64,000 nt of DNA. Origin: Microbotryum violaceum. Its lineage: Eukaryota. A program made the position numbers and the translations under genes. The notes beneath the pieces were generated by a model. That model was not told the origin of the DNA, did no database searches, and worked only from the letters and a program-made list of their open reading frames with translations. The stretch covers positions 2,681,591-2,745,590 of the forward strand of contig LN717261.1 in the NCBI GenBank assembly GCA_001244265.2, in the 5' to 3' direction. This document shows, in pieces, positions 13,168 to 26,300 of the stretch (the first letter of the stretch is position 1; every line of letters starts with the position of its first letter).

Positions 13168-14303
13168 GTAAGGCCCTGGCATAGCGTTACCACCAACCCA
13201 TTATCCTCATCTAAAACCATTCTCGCCTTTGCTTTGAAAAACAGACGGCTATGTCAGGAGTTCCACTTATCACGAGCAAGGCAACGTCCGCGCTCATATC
13301 AAAGAGATCAAGTCACGCAATCGGTACCTTCATCCTACGTCAGTGACGCCAACATGCCTGAGCCTTCGATCTCGTTCGCTGCACCTGCTCGTCTAGCTGG
13401 CATCGGGTTTTCTGAGTCACCACAAGGACCTTCAGACCTGTCAAAGGGTCCTGCAACACCACCACTGAGCGAATCAACCAAATTACCTCCTTCCACGTCA
13501 AATCGTTCCCGGCAGCAACCAAAGAACCGGTCAAGGCAGGGCAATGGGCCCACTGCGCAGTCGATGGCCTCCAAAAAGGGCTCAACACGTGTTGATTACC
13601 CCCACAAGCGCAAGATTCCTGACCCGCCGTCTGACGAGCATAGTTCGAGCGAATCATCAGACGACGTTGGATTGACGCCCTCAATTCATTGCAATTCATC
13701 CGAGGCCATTCCCCCGACGGATCGCTCCATCAAGCTCCATCAAACGTCCAATTCCAAATCGAAAGGTAGTCCTCCCCGCTCAGGTTTCAGCGGCCCATTG
13801 CGACGAGTCCCCGTTGTCCCTATGGCTGTGAGGGCGCTCAATGAAGAAACGGAGTTGTCCCAAATACGTACGCCTCCGCCCCAAACTGTTGACTGAGTGC
13901 AGAGGCGCTGAGGCCTGGCTGATGGAAATCCTGCTCTGATTTATCCTCCGTCTCACAGTTCTTGCGCAGCACAATGCACGAAATTTGGAAGCCCCAGTGG
14001 TCGAAAATACCGGATACCTCGAAAACGATTGGCCTTCCTCTTGTCGGAACCTGAATCACAATCGGAGGCAAAGAGGACATGTACGTCCGTATTGGACATT
14101 CCCCTGTCCATGGTTGCATCCAAGTCGGGGTTGGCGCCATCGAAATCTGCAAGAAAGGTAGAAATCGCCACGTCAAAACCTGCATGGGCGTCGACGTCAC
14201 TCGAGCGCATCAGTGACAAGCTCCCAGAGGACTCTAAATCTGCACCAAGGGTAAAATTCGCTCCGCCCAAGACACCGGCATCGACATCGCTCGTAGCACG
14301 ATT

Positions 14304-15891
14304 GTGCAGCTCCACGCAGACTTCTGGCTGCGATCAGGTGAAGACGGGCCAGTCGTCATTATCCAAGGCCCGTGGAGCGATAATTCTTGCTGGATTGACT
14401 CAACGCTTATCGCATTGCTCTCGGTCGCCAACGGATTGGAACCATGGCTGCAGTGTCTGGATATCCTTAACACCCATACGGCCTACGTGATTCCTCCACT
14501 TGGCGATGAGATGGTGTTGAGGTTCCGCCCTCGATATTTGGCACTCGAGCTATGGGATGCGATTCGCGAATACACAGCATTGGCTCGAAAGTTTGATATG
14601 AAACCGGCGGCGAACGCCATTGAAGCATACACACAATTACGAGAACGGATGATTTCCACTGTGGTTGGGATGTCGAAAGAGCGCGAAAGCCATTTTACAA
14701 CTCCATTTAAGCGGGGGAGTTATAGTAGCCCAGTAGTCAGTCAATCACTTAGCAAACCCCGCCCTCCCAAGACGATTAAAACTGGACGCTAATTATCACT
14801 TTTTTCGGCAGACCTGGCTCGAGACACTTCACTCGTTCACCGTCAATCATCCGGTTCTGCCAAGCGCTGTCACGTTGAATGATCCCGACCGAACTCTCGT
14901 CGAATTACATCTTCAACGAGCCGGGTATTGCACTGCATGCAACTGCATTCAGATTGAGGTGTTCCCAAGACGACAGTTTGTGGTTGACTGGCCCCTTCTC
15001 ATCTCAAGTCTCCACCTGCCTTCGCATTCGCTGGAAACGTTGTCGGACGTCCTCGCCTCAATCGTTGGGCAACCGTTGAAATTGTACACAGAGGCAAAGA
15101 ACTCAGGCCGTCGGCATCACAAGCGCAATTGCCCCGGAGGCTCTTACGTGCAATTCGTTTCGATCACCTCGCTCCCCCGTGTGATTGTGATCAACATCAA
15201 CGATATTTACACGGAACATTCACTGGCCCCAGCTGAGCTACGCTTCGGTGTTTCGGACCAAATGCCAGAGATGGTTTGGCGCCTTCGGTCAGGAGTGTAC
15301 AACATCAACAATTCACATTTCGTTACGAACGCGACGGTTGGATACGGGCAAGAGGCCGCATGCTATCATTTCGACGCAATCAAAGGCTCTCTCGTTTTAG
15401 AACATCTGAGGCCCGAGGCACGAGGTACGGAAGTATGAGAGCCGAAGATGGTAGTAAAGATAGTTGGAGAAGAGAGAGAAGAGCTAAGGGCGCGCGCACT
15501 TGGAAGGCTAGAGGCGCGCGGCTAATATCAACAACTAGATACTAAACTATTCTAAGTGGGATGAAAAGTAATACCATTTTGACATCTCGCTAGGCCGATA
15601 GGGGACAGGAACGCTGGCGGATTAGTTTCCGTTCTTTTCTACGAGCTAGAAGAGGAATCATTGAACTTCTTGCAAGCCTTCAACCTAATGCTAACGCGGC
15701 AGTGGCACGAAATGTGGAGTCTATACCATGAGCCCTCCGATCCTACCGATATCGGCATTAAAGTGTCAAGTCTACCACCCAAAGGGACTCTTGAAGAAGG
15801 ACAAGGTGTCTGGAAGATGGAAGATGCGTCGGCTTTTTTTCATGAAAGCAAGATAGTGAGTGTCGGGAACGCCAAAAAAGCAGATCAATAG
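14304..15891 (+). pseudogene. USP/C19-like cysteine peptidase domain carried by the transposon, interrupted by a solo LTR
   Basis: Cys box DNSCWIDSTLIALL, intron near 14736-14810, CTAC, LPRVIVININ, His box GVYNINNSHFVT..CYHFDA. Removing the LTR and one TSD restores the frame through VSVLFYEL to the stop at 15891. Confidence 0.7.
15395..15584 (-). mobile_element. Solo LTR of Copia family A, short form, more diverged
   Basis: Reverse complement of LTR A. Perfect TSD TCTCG at 15390-15394 and 15585-15589. Confidence 0.95.
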
Positions 15892-16205
15892 AGCTGACGA
15901 TGCTCTCCTCTTACAATGTTTTCCAGCGGTGCAGTGCTTCTGGAGGAAATCACAGTAGTGGGGAACATTCATGTTGATGGCAAGTTTGACTCACAAAGTT
16001 GTGCCCCAGTGGTCCAGTGAAGTTTTGGCCTTGTCAATGACTAATGTAGTGTACAGTAGGGGCTATGATAGCGGTCAGCAATAGTATGTATAACTAAACT
16101 TAGTGCAAAAATGGGCATGGCGGTACTTTGACAACCACTGGTGTGCGGAAAGAGTCAATTATTCACCAGCAGCAGCCAGTGCATGCCAGTGTTCTTTGCG
16201 TGCAA

Positions 16206-16421
16206 GCGTATCCTTACACATGTCGACACATGTAACGATACGAGGGTGCGGTAAGGACACAGAAATTTTGAATCACTACAAGTCTTGCAATACACATGCT
16301 ATCATGTAGTCCTTGCAGACACCATTCAGAAATAGTTATATGTTGATGTTACAATATTAAGATGAACAGATTTGGTAGTGTATTGACCTTAACTCATGTG
16401 TAAGGATATATCCTTACATGT
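16206..16421 (-). repeat. Right terminal inverted repeat
   Basis: Inverted copy of 8772-9007. Confidence 0.9.
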
Positions 16422-16422
16422 A

Positions 16423-16844
16423 TACAAGCCGCAGCGCCGCGCCACTGCCGCGCCGTAGTGCAAATGATCTGCCTTCTCCTCCGATCCTCCACGTCGGAAG
16501 CGGGCAAGTGTGCGAGCCAGAGCCTGAAGCTCGGGCAGCAAGTGTTGTTTGGTGGACGTCCAAGCTACTGATGGGTCGTCGGGCGTCTGGAGGAGGGCTT
16601 CATTGTAGAGGGTCTGGACAGTGGAGGTGAGGTACTCGCAGGTCGCGTCGCCCTTGATCACGTGCAAACCCAGCTTGAATTTGCCCGGACCGATGTCAAT
16701 TGCGCCCGGCACTTGGAACCGCGCCACCACCATCGAGTGCGTCGATTTGAGGACAGGATCCCAGATTTTGTGGTCATGGAAGAGGTCGACCCAATCAGGC
16801 GAGACATAGATGCGGTCAAGGCGGCGGCACGTGCCGGGCGCTGA
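16423..16844 (-). pseudogene. LINE ORF2 fragment (end of the AP endonuclease domain)
   Basis: RRLDRIYVSPDW...KSTHSMVVARF...GPGKFKL matches the RIDR..SDH..GPG.W segment of non-LTR endonucleases. Confidence 0.75.
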
Positions 16845-18168
<1,324 letters not shown>

Positions 18169-18361
18169 TTGAGACAATAGTGCTTGGATGTGGTGGCTGT
18201 AGCTGTTGCAAAAATACCTGATTGCACGGTGCTGAGTTCGGCTCGACCTCCGGTGAAAGACACGTCCCCGCCTTCGAACTTAACGACATGTCAATTGGCG
18301 CAAAAATCAAATACTTCCAAAATCGAGCAATTCTGGCGCCCAAGAACTCGCAGGTGGTTTT

Positions 18362-18677
18362 CTGTACTGTTCCAAAATAAGAGAGAAGTAAAGACTATAT
18401 CATAGACAGAAGTTTATCTATTTTTGGCAAAAGAAGAGGTTAAACTATATCCAACCAATTAATCGTATAACATTTCAATTTTATATCTTCTTTTGTATAA
18501 CCTATTCCTATTTCGAATAAATACAGAGTCGTCGCAATTTAATACTGCCTTAGCTGCAGTAATTGAGGGATATTCCACAACATTAGGTGGCGTAGCTAAG
18601 GTATCTGTCACTCTAATAGGTACTCACCGTTTTTTAGAACCGAATTTAATAGTATTATTTATAAGTGCATCAAATAA
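18362..18677 (-). other. NUMT: mitochondrial group I intron fragment with a homing-endonuclease C-terminus
   Basis: Strongly AT-rich island. Reads open only with TGA=Trp: KKRWVPIRVTDT..EYPSITAAKAVLNC..LYKRRYKI* (NUMOD1-like). It is followed by a group I S-like element ATGATATAGTC at 18393-18403. Confidence 0.65.
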
Positions 18678-21246
18678 ATGACATGGTGCTCAACCTGCTG
18701 CCGGGAGAACCTCAGACGTTCTACAGCGCGAATTCGGTCGAAAACGAAGACGAATCACTATTCTTGATCGAGTACCTTCAGAGCCTCAACATCCCCGGGA
18801 TGGCGTTGCACGCTGCAAAATTCAAAGTGGAATGTCCTGTTATGCTCCTCAGAAACTTGGACGCCGCCACGGGGCTGTGCAACGGCACCAGGCTGTTGTT
18901 AACTCGGTTACACACCCGCGTGCTCGAAGCCATCATTCTTACAGGAGATCATGCTGGACAACCCGTTTTGTTGCCACGGATCATGCTGAAGACAGGGTCA
19001 TCGGCTGAGCTTCCATTCACTCTGCACCGGACGCAGTTTCCGATTTGGCTCGCAATGGCTATGACAATCAACAAGTCGCAAGGCCAGTCACTCGCGCAGG
19101 TGGGAGTCTGTCTGGAGACGCCCGCCTTTTCTCACGGCCAGTTGTATGTTGCGTTGTCTCGAGCAACAAATGTGGATGGTGTCAGAGTTTTGCTTCATCA
19201 GACAGAGAATGAAGAAGCAGACAATGTAACAGAAAACATTGTCTTTAGAATGGTTTTGAATTGATGAAATGAAGAGTTATGTCAAAGCTCCATAGTGAAG
19301 CTCCGCCAATTCCAATTCCAATTAAATGGGGAGGGATAGTTGTCCGGGTGACTCCTGACCGCTGGGAGCGCTGGAAACGATGGCACCTTGACTAATTCCC
19401 CAACGGCGACAGTGGCTGTGGCCCGACTGAGCGGATCATGGATGTCTGGATGACTCCTCTAATGCCCCAATAGCGACAGTGGCTGTGGCCTGACTGCATG
19501 GATGTCCGGGTGACTCCTCTAATTCCCCAATGACAACAGTGGCTGTGGCCTGACTGGGCGGATCATGGAAGCTCGGCGAACGTGATGGGTGGTGTCCGCC
19601 AGTGCGCCAATTCCGCCCTTAGGCGCCCCGCCAGTGTGTCACGGCTTGCCGACACTGGCCTTCACTCCACGTCGTTCCGCGACCTTCCGCGACATTTTAT
19701 GAGCCCGGTTTAAATTGACGGGCAGACTCCTCCATCTCTCTCCCTCCTACTCTTCACACCCCCTTCGCACCTCCTCCCATTGTACATGATGAAAAGAGCC
19801 GAAACACAACCCACTTACAACAGCGCCAATGCGCAGCAAAGACCTCTCTCAGTCAATGACATTGATTGACTTGCCGCAATGTGGGCAGAACAACGCACCA
19901 CCCTTTCCTCTCTGAACACCAACAACTTCAAAATCGTCAAGTTACCCAACGGTAACTATGGCCATGCGGTCCTGGCCCAGGACACGGCTCAAGTAATCGT
20001 CACAATGTTTGGGAAGATTGTGTCGATTGATCCCTCAACAGGGATGCCGCCGGTGTAGTAAGTGACATGAACAGCAAATCGTTCAGGGGAGCAGACCATT
20101 GATATATATTGACGTCAACCCACTCAGCCTCAGAGACGCGGACATCAAACGGGTAGGCCGACCAGAACTGTTCTTTCGACAGATCAGTCTGGAGCTCGCA
20201 ACACCCGAAGCCGTCGTTGTCGACGCTCTGCAACACTTTACGGGAGAAATTTTCTCGAGAAATGGCTCCCGCATGCAGCATAGTGACAGATTCATGTAGG
20301 TAACTCCATTAACCGTGCTCTAGGTCTGGGATTATTGAGGAGCTAATGGAAGACTACCAAGCAGCAATTCCCTTCAACACATCTTCTTTGAATGTCAACC
20401 CTCGAGTTGTTTTTCTTCACCATCAACTGGTGACACTACATGCGTGAGTCATCCCTTGACATGAGTATGCAGTCTTAGGCATGACGTCAACTGATATGAA
20501 AAACAGGCATTGGACGTCTGTGACAGGAGGTGACCCTGTCCCCGAAAAGGGCGGGCACCCACCGTTGCCAACTCGGGAAAACGACATTGATGAAAGCAAG
20601 TATCACAACTTCTACAAAAATGCTGCCAAAGGCACCTACAATGGGCGAAAAGTAGCAAAGTCCTATGCTACACCGCTGCCCATCAATGTTGACGGCCATG
20701 CTGATCTGTACATACACACCATCCTAAGGGTGGGGAATGTCTGTTCAGTCATGTGCTCGATACAAGGCAGAGCGTGGAAGACAAAGGCCATGGGAAAATA
20801 CAGCGGAAGGATTGACTTCATACCACTGAGAATCCGGGTCCATGGGACACTAAATGTAAGTCTTCACTGCCATGGCTACAGATAGACAACAGCAAGAATA
20901 CTGGTAATTGTGTCACGCAAAAACAGATGTCTAACTCGATGAATTGCGGCTCACCATTACGTGGCAGCTCGCAAGTCAAGCTTGCAACACCCGTGAAAAG
21001 GTCCACACTCGACGCAGGTCTCGACGACATTCTGAGCCCATCATCGGGCTCCCGGAGAACAAAAAAGTAGTTCAATGATGGAATGAAGACTGTGTACATT
21101 TGATTGTCGCGCGCGGTCCTCTCTGGACTTGAACCATTAGGCTTCCGTTACAACAGTAGCGCAGCTGTTGCAGCAAAGTACATCACATTGTAGCGGATCA
21201 AGGGTTACGGTGTGAGGTGGCGCGGAGAGCGCGCTGCCGAACCTAG
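18678..21246 (+). mobile_element. Helitron 3' half: PIF1 helicase C-terminus, minisatellite, cargo ORF and 3' end
   Basis: Helicase motifs MLLRNLD..GLCNGTRL, QFPI.LAMAMTINKSQGQS and FSHGQLYVALSRA (stop 19264). Terminal hairpin GGCGCGGAGAGCGCGCT followed by CTAG at 21243-21246. Confidence 0.85.
19340..19570 (+). repeat. Minisatellite, ~60-67 bp unit, about 3 copies
   Basis: Repeated CAGTGGCTGTGGCC(C/T)GACTG and GTC(C/T)GG(G/A)TGACTCCT. Confidence 0.8.
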
Positions 21247-21341
21247 TATAATGAAAAATGTTGTCGAGACAAAGAACATTCTAGAACAAGACAAACCACG
21301 TGGCTTGACGTCATGGCGCATGAAGCGCGCCACCGTACTAG

Positions 21342-23116
21342 TCTACTATACTACTAAATGAATCAGTCACATCAGACAAAGAACGTCAAAGAACAAAAGA
21401 CAAACCACGTGGCGTGACATCATAGGCAGCTCTTGGTCTAGCGCGTCTCCGAAACTAGCTAGCGCTGATTCAGCATGGTCGGCCAGTGACAGACCGTTTT
21501 GCCCATGTTCGCCGAGATTCCAACGTCCATTGAGGTTCCATTTCCCATCAAAGCAGCCTGGCACATGACTCTCTGCTTCCCAGACGACCTGTTTTGCGTG
21601 CTCGCCACATCGTAGCGTAGTCCCTTCAACCATCCAGTTGCTGCCACTGCCGAAGAGTCATCTGCAAGCTTTCATGTCCCGTCTCCTCTACAACGATCTT
21701 CAGGGAGAGCAGCGGCGCAGCAGAGACGTCGGCAGCTGCTCGCGTTCCTCCTCCTCCGCACAATCCAACTCCTCCCGACTCCCGCTCTAATCGCACAGAC
21801 GTCACCGCAACCAACCTCGAACAATCGCCGAAGCTCAGCGGCAACGATGCCTTCGCGAGAGACAGCAGCGCAAAACCAATCAACACAACGTCGCGCAAAC
21901 TGGTTTGTCGAGTCAACCTGCACGAGCAGCACACAGTCTCAATATCGCATGGCAAGTGCAACGGGCCCACAGTTCTTCACCTCCGAGCTTGACATTTGCT
22001 CGTCCACTTGAAGCAGTTCCAGACCTTGAGTAGCGTCGGCCAGTGCGCCATTTCCGCTGTTAGGGGCCCCACGCCTTGCGGACACTGGGCTTCACTCCAC
22101 AATGTTCCGCGGCCTTCCGCGACATTCTATGAGCCCGGTTTAAACTGAGGCGCAGGCTCCTCCATCTTTCTCCCTCCGGCTCTTCACACCCTACCCATTG
22201 CCACCTCGAGCTCGCGACATCCGATTGAAGCGGTCGTTGTGGAAGGTCTGCAACGAATACGGGATCAAGAAATGCCTGCCGCATGCAACATAGCTACGAA
22301 TTCAAGTAAGTAACTTCATGAACTTTGTTCTTGATGTGGGATTGTTCAGAAGCTAATGGAACCCTACCAAGCAGAGATTCCCTTCAATGTGTCCTCTTTG
22401 AATGTCAACCCTTGAGATGTTCCTTCACCGTCAGCTGGTGATACTGCATGTGTGAGTCATCCCTTTACATGGCTGTGCAGTCTTAGATATGACGGAAAAA
22501 CTAATACCAAAAACAGACATTGAACGTCAGTGATACAGCGGAAGGCTTGACTTTGTACAGTTGAGAATCCGGGTTCATGGGACACTAAATGTCAGTCTTC
22601 ACTGCCATTGCTACAGATGGACAACAGCAGGAATACTGATAGCTGCACGACGTCTCGGAGGTCTGAAGGCTAGCAACAACATTTTCAATGGGAAAGGCCT
22701 GAGCAAAAGCGTTCCGGTCCGGTCCCACACAGCTCTTTGTCGAACCCTGCCTCTACCGCATCAACATTGATGAATCATTCTACTTCCAGAAGATCTAGGG
22801 CACAACAATTGCGGAGACTCGGGGAAAGGCAGCAAAATGAGTCTATCAATCAATCACCTCCACCCCAGCCAACGCCCGAAGTCCACTCTGTCCCGGTGGA
22901 TGTTGCAGCACAGTCACCAATTGCACTGCGTCCACTGCCCAAGGATCAACTTCGTCCAATGGATCCACCGCCTGTGAACGCTGCGATCTCTCGAAGGTCT
23001 CAAGGTCAGCAAAGATTGCGCATAGATGAAAGCAGTGTAGAACCGTAGCCATATAAAGTAACAGAACTGCTGATTCTCAATGTGAGGTGGCGCGCTCCGC
23101 GCGCCGCCGAACCTAG
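21342..23116 (+). mobile_element. Internally deleted non-autonomous Helitron
   Basis: 5' end TCTACTATACTACTAAA. 3' hairpin GGCGCGCTCCGCGCGCC followed by CTAG at 23113-23116. Blocks in 22040-22640 are homologous to 19598-20900. Confidence 0.75.
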
Positions 23117-23311
23117 TAGATACATAAATAGATACATAAAGACATGATTTGCTCTCGACACATGTTTGCAGTATTGCAAGATACTCTCCTACCAGAACTG
23201 AAGCTATACTCAATTGAGCAAACTCATGAGAGGGGCTATTCTGACAGATCCATTTGCGCCGCCATCCCTTTCCCTTTCCCGCAACTCTGAGGCGTTCTCG
23301 GACCACGTAGA

Positions 23312-26300
23312 ATTTTCCCAAGCGGCGGATTTCCAACGACCTAGATGTTTGATCTGATCCGCTGGGTAGCCTCGTAGAGCGTAGTGGGTTGCACCGCCGG
23401 ATCGGAGGGAGTGCCCGCTGTAATGCGGTCCGAACTGGCCTTGAAGACAACAGATGAACCATGTACGTGTGGGAGGGTGACCGTTGCTCGCAATGAAGAG
23501 CTGGTCTGCGTGCGGGAATTGTCGGTCTCGTGCAACAAGATACCTCTGAAGAATATCAATGAACGGGTACTCGTCGCTTGACGAACGACGATGAAGTGCG
23601 AACCCTGCCACCGTCGATTGGCTTTGTGGTAGGGCAAATGCACGATGAACGAGTCCTTCTCGATCTTGACGGTGTCGCGGCGAGGCAGCTTGTTGTAATC
23701 CCGATACGCAACTGTGTTGGATGTGCAGAGCTCGGCACAGCGTGCGCATGCGCCGAATCCAAGGGCAACCATGGCGAGGAAGACCAGATGGTCATACGAG
23801 ACAGCTGCATCTGATACTCCTGCTTTGAGAGAGTAGTCAACCGAGGCAAACGGTAGCGGCGTAGCTCGTTTGGCGGCACGCCTCCACGTTTTGATGCCCC
23901 CAATGATTACCAGCTTCACGGCGCAACAGGAGCGGATCCTATTCCATTTGTCCCCCATGATGGGTTTGAAGTAGTGGGCCAGGCCTGAAAGGGTCTGATA
24001 GACGGTTGAAACCAAACGGTACCGCCAGTAGACGAATTGGCAGAGCAAGACAACCGTTGGCAGCGCGGGGTAGCGGTAGTACGAGACAAACAGGTTCCAC
24101 TGGCGAAATGCGCGCGCGTAGTCGGAGCGAGTTTTTGGTTCCAGCGCGCGTAAGGACATCTCCGCTGTGCCAATGACTAGTTGGTCGAGAGACGGGAACG
24201 GCTGCGCTGGACGGGCCGGCGCCATGAGAGGGCGGGAAGCGAAAGACACGGTTCTTCCACCCTCTCCTCGTGTGGTTGTCATAGTGGCACCCCCACCAGC
24301 AACGGCACGGTGGTAGGTGTGTGCCAATGTCGCAAGACGAGACAAGTCATTGGCAATGGTGTTGTGGTCCCCCGCTACGTGCGCAACCTTGAGGTCGAAG
24401 TTGCGAGTAGATGCAATCTCGTAGGCCGCAAGAGTGAGCGTGCGCGGCCCCTGAGTCGAGCGCGTAGACCGCTGGTGCTGAATTGGTCCAAACCAGGACA
24501 TGGCGGAACGGGCCGTAGCCGCAAGTCGGGTCTGTTGCAATGTCAAGGGCTCGAATTATCATCAACAACTCGGCGAACTGGATCCTCAGATAGGTACGTC
24601 GGGGGCGGCAATAGAAGTGTCAACGTGTGCCCCCAGCTGTGGCCAACCAAAAGCCGAGCCCGGCCCCCGTGTTGTCGGCATTCTGCAGGCACGCATCCGT
24701 ATAGATTACTAGGTTGGCATCGGCCAGGCTCCATCTGGTGAGACTGGGTGACGCGAGATCAAGGGCAGGGCCCCAAGCAATCAAGACTGCAACTTGCGTC
24801 AATGCTTCCGTCACATCCTTGTTGATGGGGACTCCGGTGTCGGAGTTGACTTTGCCTCTGATCTTGTGGTAGAGTGGCGTGATGTACGGTCGAGCTTGCG
24901 GTGCTACGTTGAGTGCCCAGCTCAGCCATCCTGCCATCTGTTGCCACCGTCGGAGGGTCGGATGCCTGCCCGGCGTCTGCAGGAATGACTCAATTGCGGC
25001 CGCTAGCTTCGTTACCGTTGAGTGCAGTAGAGATACAATGAACTCATCCAGGTCGCAGTCGATGCCCGTGATAGTGACGCGGCGACCAAAAGGGGCTTTG
25101 TCCGCAGCGAGCTTGAAAGGAATCCATAGATCGCCCCAGAGTCTTGCCATCGCGGCTTGCTGGGCAGGGATCTTGTAGGTGGCGCCGTCGTGGGCAAATG
25201 GGACGAGTCGCCTACCAGATCGATCCCAAATGCGTCGTCCATGTACGCAAGGGGATGTTCAATTCCGTACCAGCGATGGGCGGCCCACATTAGGAGGGAC
25301 ATGAACCTCGTCCATAGGAAAGGCATGGCCCGGCAGCCAAAGACCCCGCGCCATTTGATGTGGTACCAAGTGACCGTAGATCCGTCTTCCAGGCGCCGTT
25401 TGATTGCGATGTTCTGCATTGCCTGCCAACGTTCGGACATTACCAGGATCTTGAACACTGATGATACGTTGAGTTTCCACAGGACCGCGTCTTGCCCAAG
25501 GAGGGAGCCCTTCGCATTCGAGAAGTGATGCCAACGAAGGAGTCTGATGAAATCAATTATTGTATCGTAGGTCGCTGGGCACGAGCTTCGGTCGATCCCG
25601 TTGTTTAGTCGGGAAGCGCTGTGATCTGCGACTACCCGCCTCCGGTGGTTCTCAGGCTCGACAACAAAAACCGGACTGTACGTGACTCCAGGGAGGGGGG
25701 TACCAGTTCCGCTTGAAATCCACCTTTTCTGTACTTCCTCGTCGACCGTTGGCTGTATAAAGTCATGGTGAAACTTGTCGTGAGAGAAGCGAAGGTTGTG
25801 AAGCTTGGTGTCGCCTCGAGGCACGCTGCCGTCATGCTCGGGCTCGAATCTGTTGTGCCGTAGAGCTTGCACCACGGAGTGGACAAGTGGTTGATCTGGG
25901 TGCTCTGCCAAAAGCTCCTCCAGGTACTCGTCGTTGATTGTTCGCATAAAATTGAACTGCGACGGGTGCTGCCTTCGCGTCTCGTTGATGAGCAAGAGAC
26001 GACCAGGCGAGAACGTCGCACGCGGAAGGGGTCCAGTCGGATGTTTGCACAATGAAGAAGAAGTGAAGAGCGAAAGATTCGGTGGGTCGAAGGAAGGAAC
26101 ACCGAAATGAAACTGTCTCTGGATGCGAGGTGCCGGCCCCACACCCGCAAGGAAAGAAGGAGGAGGGTGTCCGTCCGAGGGTATAATTGACTCGTCCAGC
26201 AATGCAATGGGAAGCGAGGTATCCGTCGGGACCACTAATTCCTCGCCATCCTCCAAGTAACTACTGCCCAGCGGCAGATCGAGCCGCAGCGGTGGCCGAC

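Larger units (their letters stand above)
8772..16421 (+). mobile_element. 7.65-kb long-TIR DNA transposon (Mutator/MULE-like) encoding a GCM-like Zn finger, a DDE transposase and a USP-like peptidase
   Basis: Near-identical inverted repeats at 8772-9007 and 16206-16421 enclose a multi-exon + strand coding region. No TSD was found. Confidence 0.85.

Noticed and set aside
23341-24546. 401-aa ORF as a natural RNase H-recombinase fusion
   Set aside because: Comparison with the second element indicates that a deletion-induced frame fusion is more likely.
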